From an uncultured Candidatus Saccharibacteria bacterium (GTDB taxonomy: Bacteria > Patescibacteriota > Andersenbacteria > UBA10190): a DNA stretch of 64,000 nt. Of this stretch, positions 55,568 to 64,000 are shown one piece after another. The notes below the pieces were generated by a model, which saw only the letters and a program-made list of their open reading frames with translations, made no database searches and was not told where the DNA came from. Within the stretch, counting starts at the first letter, position 1. Every line of letters begins with the position of its first letter. A program made the position numbers and the translations under genes. The stretch spans positions 130,553 through 194,552 of the forward strand of contig CAYJKV010000002.1 of NCBI GenBank assembly GCA_964371255.1. The letters run 5' to 3'.

Positions 55568-58024
55568 ATGATACCACGCTTCAATTTTGCTTATCTAACT
55601 GCCCTCTTTCTGGTCGTCGGTTCAGGCACTGCTGCTCTGCTACTAATGTTAGCACCCACTTTACCCGCATGGGGGATTCGTCATACCCCACATGACGAGC
55701 CCAGGTTCTTGACCTTAACTAGTCAGCAAACAATCGACCAGACTTTTCTTTTTGAATATCAGCGGCTGGATACTGTCGTGCTTTGGCTTGATCCCGACTC
55801 GCTGGCAAATCCTCAGGGCCTCCTGGCTTTGACCGTCAAAACTAACACCGACAGTACGACCAGCTATCTCCCGGTCGCCAACATACCACCTGATGGTATA
55901 GCTGTTTTTTCTTTTCAACCGCCTGTGTCTGCACCAGTCAATCAATCAGCCACCATGCGTCTAACCTTGGCTGATACTGATCGATCTCTCCGCCTGAAAT
56001 ATCAGATTGATGCCTCCATCTACCCCGACGGCGACTTACATGCCACCTCTCATCCGAATCGGGTTGGCGATATCGCCTGGCAAAGCCGCTACCAGCGTCC
56101 TGCCCTCGTCTCGCCGCTTATTCATTGGTTATATGTTATCTTTCTGCCCTTAGCCGGAATTCTAGCAGCTAGTCTGCTGATATATATTTATCATTTGCCC
56201 ACAACCATTCCCTCGCTAACCTTCAGTCCATCCCCCGGCACAAAGACTGCTCTTTTACACCGCCTTCCTCGCCCGCTGCCGCGTTTCATTTTAGTATTGT
56301 TGCCTGCCTTGCTGACTGTTTTTGTCTTTCTTTTTTATTCTTCATCTCTCATCCTCCCCGGTACCTGGATTGGCACCGCCGACTTCAGTAAAGAGTTAAG
56401 CTATGTTACCTCTTCGGCCTTGGCCCTTCGCGCCGGTGCCTGGCCGGTCTGGACACATTTTACCTGCGGCGGTATGAGTTTATTGGGTAATCCGGAAGCC
56501 ACCACACTCAGTATCAGCACTCTCCTCGCCGCTCTAACCTCTCGTCCTGAGTTATCTTTATGGTTAACTCTGTCCATCGAAGCCACTTTAGCTTGTCTGG
56601 GTACATACCTATTAGCTAAAGCCTTACGTCTTTCTACACCAGCTAGCCTCTTAGCAGCTGCCATCGCTTCATTATCGGCTGTTTTTCCCTATAAAATCGT
56701 CGAGGGCATAGTCATGATCGGCGGTCCGCTGGCTTTCACTCCCTGGGCATTTCTGGGCTTATATCGAACCCTAAAATCAGCCTCCTCGTACTGGCTGGTC
56801 CTTTGTAGTCTAAGCTTAATAGCTATCTTTTGGCGCGGTGATGTCCATATTATTTTACTGGTTATTCTGATCATTACCCTCTGGTGCCTCGCCAGTTCAA
56901 TATTACAGCGTCGCCCATGGCCCCTCCTCGTTCTGCTCGCAATTCTGCTCATATTTTTCTTAGGTGCCAGTCTTAAAGTTCTGCCCTACCTGGAACAAAT
57001 TAATTTAATCAACAGCCAGGTTGATCCTCATAGCGCCCAGCTTACACAGCAAAAGCTATGGTCTGACATTTTTCTTTCCGTTCAGGCACGCACCAATAAA
57101 ATCCCGGTATTGCATGGGTTGCCCGAGCACTTTGGTTATTTTGGTGCTTACGTCGGATTATTGCCAATGCTCCTGGTGTTATTAAGTCTATTTTCTTCTA
57201 ATCCGTTTCGTTATTTTGGCTGGTTCTTTCTGCTTGTATCCTTATTGCTTGCTGATGGTTATTTGTATGAACATTGGCTTCGTTTCCTTGGTCCGCTTTC
57301 TTCCCTTTTGCGTATGCCTAGCCGCTTTCTGACCGTTTCAGTCCTTTTTGTTGCGTTACTAGCCGGCCTGGGCTGGGATGTTCTCCGGGCAAAGCTCCGT
57401 CGTTTTCAAATCCCACCACACCCATATTCTCCGCTTATCCTGGCACTATTAGTCGGCATATTAGCTTGGCCTCTTTATGACTTAACTCGAGCCAGTTATT
57501 CTATCTTACAGCGCGATCTATCAAACCGCAGCTCTACCATCCTGCCTCCGCCCGTCGTTCCCACCCTGACCGCACATTTGAATAGCTCCCCGGCTGATCA
57601 TAAACACCCTTCTATCCTCTTACAATCAGGCTACTTATTGCCTCATATTTGTGGCGATCAAAACAATCCGCCCGAATTTTTGTCGCGCATATCAGACACG
57701 GCTTCGCTGGCTGATTATCCCGCCACCCTGGAACCAAATCAAATCACCCTCTATAATCTCCCCGCTCTATCATCTATCTATATCAAAACTCGCTTTGTTT
57801 CCTCATGGCAGCCATCGGCTGGCATAGTTCTGGCCGCTCCCGATGAATCCCTCCAGTTAATTACCCCCCCTCAACCAATCTCTTCAATTCGATTACAATA
57901 TCATTCAGCGACTATCCGTTCCCAACAAGTTTTGCTGCTTACATTTATCACAATTATTCTAGTTATGTTCGTTCGCCCGGTTTACAAAATTGCTCTAACC
58001 GCCTTACACTGGCGCCATGCTTAA
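55568..58024 (+). CDS. YfhO-like polytopic membrane protein (818 aa) with an N-terminal extracytoplasmic domain
   Basis: About 230-aa N-terminal domain, then RAGAWPVWTHFTCGGMSLLGNPEATTLSISTLL, which matches the YfhO consensus. Confidence 0.5.
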   Translation: MIPRFNFAYLTALFLVVGSGTAALLLMLAPTLPAWGIRHTPHDEPRFLTLTSQQTIDQTFLFEYQRLDTVVLWLDPDSLANPQGLLALTVKTNTDSTTSYLPVANIPPDGIAVFSFQPPVSAPVNQSATMRLTLADTDRSLRLKYQIDASIYPDGDLHATSHPNRVGDIAWQSRYQRPALVSPLIHWLYVIFLPLAGILAASLLIYIYHLPTTIPSLTFSPSPGTKTALLHRLPRPLPRFILVLLPALLTVFVFLFYSSSLILPGTWIGTADFSKELSYVTSSALALRAGAWPVWTHFTCGGMSLLGNPEATTLSISTLLAALTSRPELSLWLTLSIEATLACLGTYLLAKALRLSTPASLLAAAIASLSAVFPYKIVEGIVMIGGPLAFTPWAFLGLYRTLKSASSYWLVLCSLSLIAIFWRGDVHIILLVILIITLWCLASSILQRRPWPLLVLLAILLIFFLGASLKVLPYLEQINLINSQVDPHSAQLTQQKLWSDIFLSVQARTNKIPVLHGLPEHFGYFGAYVGLLPMLLVLLSLFSSNPFRYFGWFFLLVSLLLADGYLYEHWLRFLGPLSSLLRMPSRFLTVSVLFVALLAGLGWDVLRAKLRRFQIPPHPYSPLILALLVGILAWPLYDLTRASYSILQRDLSNRSSTILPPPVVPTLTAHLNSSPADHKHPSILLQSGYLLPHICGDQNNPPEFLSRISDTASLADYPATLEPNQITLYNLPALSSIYIKTRFVSSWQPSAGIVLAAPDESLQLITPPQPISSIRLQYHSATIRSQQVLLLTFITIILVMFVRPVYKIALTALHWRHA

Positions 58025-60797
58025 AAAAATTGCTTGGCCGGACCAAATTGCTATTGCAGCGCTAGCCGTCGCCTGGGTGGCTTTCTTTAGTCGAACCCTT
58101 TTTAATCAGCTGGTGTATTTTCTGGATGATTTGAAGATTATTTATTACCCCTTGGAATCGGTCTATGCCACCATGCAGCAAGCTAACCAGCTTCCCCTTT
58201 GGAGCCGCTTTTTTGGATTTGGACAGCCTTTGCTGGCTTGGGGCCAATTAGGTTTTTTTAATCCGCTTCATTTAACATTACGCTCTTTCTCTCTCCACCC
58301 CATCACTCTGCTGCAGGTTTCCATCTTGATGTATTTCGCGCTCGGTTCACTTGGTATGTTCATCTTTCTTCGCCGACTCAAAATATCTGCCGTCGCTGCC
58401 TTAGCCGGTGCCTTCGTCTTTACTTACGGCGGTTTCCACGTCGGTCATCTTAATCATGTCAATTTTTATACCGCGACCATGCTGTTGCCTTGGTTGCTAT
58501 CTTCACTCGACTGGTTCTCTACCCGACGGCACTTGCCATCATTCCTACTCACTGCCCTTTTATCTGCCACTATTGCGCTCAGTGGTCAGCCTCAGATCGT
58601 CCTCTACACGTTTGTCTTGGCAGCGATTTGGTTTGCCATCTTATTAATACGATCAGCGCATCGCTTCAAACTTTTCTGTCTGACGTCGCTGCTGGGTCTT
58701 TTGTCATTAACCCTCGCTGCTCCTGCCATTCTGCCCTTAGCAGAATTCCTGCCTGTCACCGAGCGTGCTTACGGACTTGGCCGAGCTGAAATTCTTGAAT
58801 TTAGTTACCCCCCCAGCCATGCCATCACTCTGCTGTTCCCCTATTTCTTTGGCGACCATCACTATTACTGGGGAGCCAAAAACTTCCAAGAATTAGCTGC
58901 CTACACCGGGATCCTGCCTCTCCTGCTGATTGGCCTGTCTTTGTTTTCTCGTCGGCGCACTTTGCAGCTGTTTGGGCTGACCGTTACTATTCTGGGCCTG
59001 CTGTTCGCTCTCGGTCAATATTCGCCCTTATTTTTGTGGCTGGTGGACCATGGCCTGATTAAATCCCTTTCTATACCCGGCCGTTTTACTTTCTTTTTCA
59101 TTGTGGGAGTCTCTATCCTGTCCGCCTTGGGTTTAGATACCGTCCGTCACTTAGCCTTCCGGCAAAAATCGCTCGCTTTTCTGCTTTGTCTCGCTCTTGT
59201 TTGGCTCCTCTTCACGCCCGTTATCAATCTGCTTTACCACAACCAAAGCCTCTATCAACACTGGCTGTCATTCTTGAGTTATACCCACTCTGAACCGTAT
59301 TTAATCGCTCTCGGTATATTATTGTTCTTAGGACTGTGCTTGCTCCCCAACCGTTATTTACGTTTCCATTACGCCTGGCTTGTCTCGAGCTGTATTGCGG
59401 TTACTCTCATTATCTACGGATGGAATTATAATCCACTCACGCCATCGACGACTGCTTATCAATCCTCACCATTTTTTGACGAGCTTCAGTCCTACTTCCA
59501 ATCCCACAATACACCCCCTCGAATTTATCACGTCGAACACCCTTCAATTGCTGCTCGGCGGCGCACCGAGCCTATCACCCCCCTCTTTACGGTCATTCAG
59601 CCAATTACGACTTCCGGCACCTCCCTGTCTTGTTTTACCATGCCTTATCAATTAAGTTCTGACCGTTCGTCCGGCTCCGTGGTCGACATCTCACTGACCG
59701 CCTCACCCACTGGCGACCCGCTGTCTTCAATTACGATCGACCCGGCTTCACTCAATGGCACTCTCTTCAATATATGTTTTAACCCTGTCCCCACAAAGGT
59801 TGGAGACCGGCTCTGGTTACGCTTTAGCAGTCAAGCTGACAGCGGGTTTCGTTTGATTTACCAGCCGGCCAGTTTCGCTGATCAGGCCGCTTATCTATTG
59901 CGCGTCACAAACCCCACCGCCGCTGAACTGCAAAGATCTATCAAGCCAATAACTATCGTGGTTTATGCCCCTGACGATCTATCCTCTGATTTATCAGCCA
60001 GGCGGCTTGATCGTCACATCAATGCGACTGCGTTTGCCAGTTCCGCTAATTGGATTGGTGCCTTGTCTGTTAAGACATATCGAAGTTTTGTCGCTTCCCT
60101 GCTGGATGATGACATTGATCCCATACATAACGATAGCGTGTCAGTCATCAATGACCGCCGAGCGATCATTAACTTAGCGGGCATTACTCACCTGGTGGAA
60201 ACAGCCGTTATTAATACTGACTATAGCTATATCACTGCTGCTGGCTTCAAGTTGGTCTCCTCCGATTCCATTCAAAACAACGTCCTTCGTCTTCATCAAA
60301 ATCAACTTGTTCTCCCCAAAGCCTGGTTAGTCAAACAGGCCGTGTTTTCTCCGGTTGACGACGAGACCGTCAGCGCTATTCGACAGCGTAATGACTCCGT
60401 TCGGGAATTAGTCTATATTAACGGACCAACTCCTCCGGACGTCTTATCCTCAATGGATCCAACTGCCTTAGTCAGTCAGGTCTCCGTCACGCGTTATGAC
60501 GATACGATTATTGATTTGCAGGTTGAAACCAACCAGTCCGCCTGGCTCGTCTTTAACGATACATCGACCCCGGCCTGGCATACCTATATCGATGACCAGC
60601 CCGCGCCTTACTACACGGCTTTTTCATTATTCAAAGCGGCCCAAGTGCCGGCTGGCCAGCATACCGTGTCTTTCCGCTATGAATCACGCCTGACCAACCT
60701 ATCCATCCATCTCGCTGCAGTTGGCCTGCTCATAGTTATCATTCTATTCGCATTTCAGGCTACCGGCGGGTTTAACCGTCCCGGTGCTGCTGTCTAA
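58017..60797 (+). CDS. YfhO-family membrane protein (926 aa) with a long C-terminal extracytoplasmic domain
   Basis: N-terminal LFNQLVYFLDDLKIIYYPLESVY...QLPLWSRFFGFGQPLLAWGQLGFFNPLHL is a canonical YfhO N-terminus. Confidence 0.65.
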   Translation: MLKKIAWPDQIAIAALAVAWVAFFSRTLFNQLVYFLDDLKIIYYPLESVYATMQQANQLPLWSRFFGFGQPLLAWGQLGFFNPLHLTLRSFSLHPITLLQVSILMYFALGSLGMFIFLRRLKISAVAALAGAFVFTYGGFHVGHLNHVNFYTATMLLPWLLSSLDWFSTRRHLPSFLLTALLSATIALSGQPQIVLYTFVLAAIWFAILLIRSAHRFKLFCLTSLLGLLSLTLAAPAILPLAEFLPVTERAYGLGRAEILEFSYPPSHAITLLFPYFFGDHHYYWGAKNFQELAAYTGILPLLLIGLSLFSRRRTLQLFGLTVTILGLLFALGQYSPLFLWLVDHGLIKSLSIPGRFTFFFIVGVSILSALGLDTVRHLAFRQKSLAFLLCLALVWLLFTPVINLLYHNQSLYQHWLSFLSYTHSEPYLIALGILLFLGLCLLPNRYLRFHYAWLVSSCIAVTLIIYGWNYNPLTPSTTAYQSSPFFDELQSYFQSHNTPPRIYHVEHPSIAARRRTEPITPLFTVIQPITTSGTSLSCFTMPYQLSSDRSSGSVVDISLTASPTGDPLSSITIDPASLNGTLFNICFNPVPTKVGDRLWLRFSSQADSGFRLIYQPASFADQAAYLLRVTNPTAAELQRSIKPITIVVYAPDDLSSDLSARRLDRHINATAFASSANWIGALSVKTYRSFVASLLDDDIDPIHNDSVSVINDRRAIINLAGITHLVETAVINTDYSYITAAGFKLVSSDSIQNNVLRLHQNQLVLPKAWLVKQAVFSPVDDETVSAIRQRNDSVRELVYINGPTPPDVLSSMDPTALVSQVSVTRYDDTIIDLQVETNQSAWLVFNDTSTPAWHTYIDDQPAPYYTAFSLFKAAQVPAGQHTVSFRYESRLTNLSIHLAAVGLLIVIILFAFQATGGFNRPGAAV

Positions 60798-60834
60798 TTT
60801 GCGATAAAAGACGATTAGTCACCGGTCTAACCAT

Positions 60835-62790
60835 TTAACGCTCGGGATTTTTCAAAGCGGCCATCTGGTCTTTTTTTAATTTCACTAAATTACTTCTGGC
60901 CGCAGCTAGCTGAGGGTCAAGCGCTAAAGCTTGCTGGAGCGCTGTTTCCGCGTTCTGCCAATCGCCTGCCATCGCATACAGGGCCCCCAGTCGATTGAAC
61001 CACGTCGCATGCCAATTTTCTATTTCTACCGCTTCCGCTAGCGCGGCTATCGCCTCCTCATTTCGTTTATCAGCTAGCAGGGCATCAGCCAGGCTCGCCC
61101 AACAACTGGCGCAATTCGGCTTAAGCGTAATGCTCTGCCGGTAAGCATCTGCCGCTTTCTTATAATCCTGCCGCAGCAAGTATACGTTCCCTAAATTTGT
61201 GTAACCGCTGATCAGATCAGGCTTCAACTCAATCGCTCTTTGCAGCACGGTTGCTGCTTCAGAAGTACGTCTGGTTTTTCCTAGTAAAGCACCTAAATTT
61301 ATCATTACTTCGAAGTTGTCAGGGTGATAAGTTAAAGCTTGTCGGTAGACTTTCTCCGCTTCGCCTGGCCGTTGTTCTTCCTCGTATGCCAAACCTAGAT
61401 TATTTAATGGTCGGGCTTTTTGTGGCGATTTATTGACAGCTTCAGACCACAATGATAAGGCGCTGCCCCACGCCTCGTTTCTCCAATAAGTCATCCCCCC
61501 CAGAACTGCTACTAATAACGCGATTGCTAAGGCCGGTCTTGCTAACGCCTTGATGGACTGTCTTTTGTTTTTGGCATAATGGGCCAGCCACCAAGCTAAA
61601 CCGTCCGCCAATATTATTACCACTCCAATCATGGGCAAATATAGTCGATGTTCAAAAATATTGTCTTTAATCGGTATAAAACTTGACTCCACTGATAAGG
61701 TTAAAAAGAACCATATAATGCCGAACGTGCCAACGTAACGTTTCCGTCTAAACAACCACAAACCCACACCAACCAAACCAATAATAGGCAGTAGATAAAT
61801 AAACGATGAGGGCTCCCCAGCCTCTTGCCAAGGTATGTCATGATCAATATTCAAGCCCGCCGGCCAAACAATCAACTGCAAATATTTAGTCACCACCCGC
61901 CACTCTGTAACAAAGTATGTCCAGCGTGAAATTTCCTGATTTTCTGCCGCCACATTATTAATCCGGCTCAACGTAACTTTATCAAAAATATTTTGATTAT
62001 AAGTCTCAGGCGATACCTCAGCATCATGAATTATTAAGCCTCTTACCTCTAATAAATATGCTGGAATTATCAGAACTGTTAACACCCATGGTAAAATTTT
62101 CCACCACCGCTTCATCACCTTGCGCCAGGTATATGAAAAAAATAAATACTCAATCGTCACAATCGTCATTGGTAGCGTAATTGCAATTTCTTTAGAATGC
62201 ATCGCCAACACGCTGCTCATCATCGATAATCCCGCCCACCCCCAGACTGCTCGTTTACTGGTGCTCTCCCGATAAAGCCAATAAGTCACCACTGCCCCGA
62301 CATAAAACAAGGTCGTCAGTAAAACCATTCTTTGCACAATATAGTTAACGCTTTGGGTTTGGATGGGATGAACTAGAAAGAATAATCCCGCCGTGATTGC
62401 CGCCAACCAATGATTATCGATACTCATCCAGCGATTGTGCCATTGCTGTTGGCTATAAGCTCGACGCGCGACCAGATAAACCAGACTGATCACTAACCCA
62501 GTCGTCACTAGATGAAGCGTAATATTGACAGTATGATAACCTTCTACTGCTAATTGCCCCCAGACGTAATTAATATCCAGAGTAAAATAGGGGATCGCTC
62601 TCGTGCCCAAAAAGGCCGGGACCGACCACTTAACCCGGTGACGATCGTCATTTTGCACAATCGAGTGTATGTCATCCAAGACAAACGGCGCATGCCAGGT
62701 GTTACTGTACAAAATAAAACCGATCAAGATAATCAAAACGGCTAGGCTGGTCTTTTCCCGTATCCGCAGACGATCAACAAAAGAATACAT
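60835..62790 (-). CDS. TMTC-like protein: N-terminal polytopic PMT-like membrane domain plus C-terminal tetratricopeptide repeats
   Basis: About 400-aa membrane domain (FVLDDIHSIVQNDD...IFEHRLYLPMIG) followed by at least 6 TPR units (NLGLAYEEEQRPGEAEKVYRQAL...). Confidence 0.65.
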   Translation of the reverse strand: MYSFVDRLRIREKTSLAVLIILIGFILYSNTWHAPFVLDDIHSIVQNDDRHRVKWSVPAFLGTRAIPYFTLDINYVWGQLAVEGYHTVNITLHLVTTGLVISLVYLVARRAYSQQQWHNRWMSIDNHWLAAITAGLFFLVHPIQTQSVNYIVQRMVLLTTLFYVGAVVTYWLYRESTSKRAVWGWAGLSMMSSVLAMHSKEIAITLPMTIVTIEYLFFSYTWRKVMKRWWKILPWVLTVLIIPAYLLEVRGLIIHDAEVSPETYNQNIFDKVTLSRINNVAAENQEISRWTYFVTEWRVVTKYLQLIVWPAGLNIDHDIPWQEAGEPSSFIYLLPIIGLVGVGLWLFRRKRYVGTFGIIWFFLTLSVESSFIPIKDNIFEHRLYLPMIGVVIILADGLAWWLAHYAKNKRQSIKALARPALAIALLVAVLGGMTYWRNEAWGSALSLWSEAVNKSPQKARPLNNLGLAYEEEQRPGEAEKVYRQALTYHPDNFEVMINLGALLGKTRRTSEAATVLQRAIELKPDLISGYTNLGNVYLLRQDYKKAADAYRQSITLKPNCASCWASLADALLADKRNEEAIAALAEAVEIENWHATWFNRLGALYAMAGDWQNAETALQQALALDPQLAAARSNLVKLKKDQMAALKNPER

Positions 62791-62791
62791 A

Positions 62792-64000
62792 TTAAGGCCG
62801 TTCTAATTGAGTCATATATTTCCTCGCTTCTTCATGGTTCGGATTAATAGCCAGTATCGCCTGCCATATTTCCTCCGCTTTTTTATTATTACCTAACTTA
62901 ATAAACACTTTAGCCAGATTACTCATGACTGCCGTGTCGCCTTTCTCCAGCTGTAAATAAAAGATATAGGCCCTGGCCGCTGACTCATACTCACCCTGGT
63001 TAGCTAAAACATTGCCTAAATTACCATAGGCAGGCGCCAGTCGTGGATTTAGTTGTAACGCCTTCTCTAGCTCCGTTCTTGCCTCCGTCATACGATTTAC
63101 TGCTCCAAGCGCAGCGCCCAATTTGCTATGCCACAACGCTTCTCCGGGTACCATGTTGATAGCCTGCCGATACGCCTCAATAGCTTCTTCATACTTTTCT
63201 TGTTTCACTAACACATCCCCTAAATTTCTCCATACCCCGGCGTCTTTAGTATTAAGGGAAATTGATGTTCGGTAGGCTTCCTCCGCCGCCGCCAACTTAC
63301 CTTGCATCATCAAAACATTACCCAAATTATTATAGGCAGCATCATGATTCGGGTTGATAGCCAGCGCTTCTTGTACCTCCCCGATTGCCTCTTCGTACCT
63401 CCCCAGGACACCGTAAATTGAGCCTAAATTGTTATGAGCGGAAACACTCTTCGGATCAATCTCTAGTTCCCGTTTATATAACGCTTCCGCTTCTCCAAAC
63501 ATCCGACGATCTAAAAAGGCTTTGCCTAAATTGTTGTGTGGCCTGGCTTTATTAGGAGCTTTTTCCTTGGCGTCTGTCCACAATGTCACCTCGTCTTTCC
63601 ACACCTTGTTGCGTTCATAGCTCGCTACTGCTAAGCCAACAACCCCAACCAAACACAGACAAACTAGCCAGGTCTCCGTGATCCTGCTTCTTTTTACTTT
63701 CTTGTTCACCACCACCAATACCATCTGTCCTACATCGCCCACCAGCAATGCCGCCCCTATCATCGGCAAATACAATCTATGCTCAAATATTACGTCAATG
63801 ATCGGAAAGAAGCTGGATTCTGGTAATAAGGCGATATAAAAGAAAATAATACCCAAAGCCGGTATTTTTCGACCCTTAGACAACAATAAAATCGCTACGC
63901 CAATCAACATTCCGTGCAATATTAAAGACCAGACAGTAGCCCGATCATTCAATGTTAATGTTAGCGGGTAATCATGATCAATGTTTTGGCCGGTCGGCCA
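62792..64000 (-). CDS. TMTC-like (PMT-like membrane domain plus TPR) paralog; 5' end beyond the window
   Basis: IIDVIFEHRLYLPMIGAALLV plus at least 7 C-terminal TPRs. My translation upstream of 63952 continues in frame (WPTGQNIDHDYPLTL, matching WPAGLNIDHDIPW of the paralog). The gene is therefore truncated by the window edge. Confidence 0.6.
   Translation of the reverse strand, partial: WPTGQNIDHDYPLTLTLNDRATVWSLILHGMLIGVAILLLSKGRKIPALGIIFFYIALLPESSFFPIIDVIFEHRLYLPMIGAALLVGDVGQMVLVVVNKKVKRSRITETWLVCLCLVGVVGLAVASYERNKVWKDEVTLWTDAKEKAPNKARPHNNLGKAFLDRRMFGEAEALYKRELEIDPKSVSAHNNLGSIYGVLGRYEEAIGEVQEALAINPNHDAAYNNLGNVLMMQGKLAAAEEAYRTSISLNTKDAGVWRNLGDVLVKQEKYEEAIEAYRQAINMVPGEALWHSKLGAALGAVNRMTEARTELEKALQLNPRLAPAYGNLGNVLANQGEYESAARAYIFYLQLEKGDTAVMSNLAKVFIKLGNNKKAEEIWQAILAINPNHEEARKYMTQLERP

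Noticed and set aside
1-64000. CRISPR arrays, tRNA/rRNA genes, IS elements, integrases and phage genes
   Set aside because: I saw no direct-repeat/spacer periodicity, no cloverleaf-like conserved tRNA segments in the few intergenic gaps (all under 300 nt), and no transposase- or integrase-like ORFs. The island shows no obvious mobility signature in this window.
1-64000. Interpreting the island as a conventional O-antigen or capsule locus
   Set aside because: No Wzy, Wzz or Wza/Wzc gene, no ABC exporter and no initiating PGT is visible. The prevalence of GT-C enzymes and Dpm1-like synthases fits periplasmic glycosylation better. Flanking DNA could still change this.

Overview
This window is a densely packed, two-stranded bacterial glycan-assembly island. 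By eye it is over 90% coding with roughly mid-40s% GC, and many genes overlap by 4-8 nt. I call about 54 protein-coding genes. I see no tRNA or rRNA, no CRISPR array, no transposase or integrase, and no prophage signal.

Main contents:
- At least 12 GT-B/GT4-type glycosyltransferases, including a run of four at the left end (one of them partial).
- Two DPM1/GtrB-like GT2 enzymes and one GT2-GT4 fusion.
- An unusual number of large polytopic GT-C-type membrane proteins: three PMT_2/ArnT-like (two with a shared QDDAP.Y motif, one weaker), two or three YfhO-like, a tandem pair of 651- and 746-aa paralogs of unknown family, and two tandem TMTC-like proteins with a membrane domain fused to TPR repeats.
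- Two Wzx/MOP-type flippases.
- At least eight methyltransferases: three FkbM-family and five class-I SAM-dependent.
- Several nucleotide-sugar modules:
  - neuC-neuB-neuA plus a D-2-hydroxyacid dehydrogenase.
  - Two Fcl/GMER paralogs.
  - A ColD/E1-like PMP-dependent 3-dehydratase in which His replaces the Schiff-base Lys.
  - rfbF (glucose-1-phosphate cytidylyltransferase) with an SDR enzyme and an FdtA-like cupin.
  - GalE-like and UDP-glucuronate 4-epimerase-like enzymes.
  - A CapD/PglF-like NDP-sugar dehydratase.
  - An RmlD-like reductase.
  - An RGP/GT75-like protein.
- A KpsC/KpsS-family (Capsule_synth) protein immediately beside the neu operon.

No Wzy, Wzz or Wza gene, no ABC transporter and no initiating phosphoglycosyltransferase is visible. 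The architecture therefore looks more like a system for periplasmic glycosylation of proteins or a cell-wall polymer using lipid-linked sugars than a classical O-antigen or capsule locus. The donor-synthase plus GT-C layout (Dpm1-like GT2 and PMT_2-like proteins, with the TMTC-like pair at the far end) is the part most likely to be new.

All functional calls rest on motif recognition in the translated ORFs. No database search was possible.
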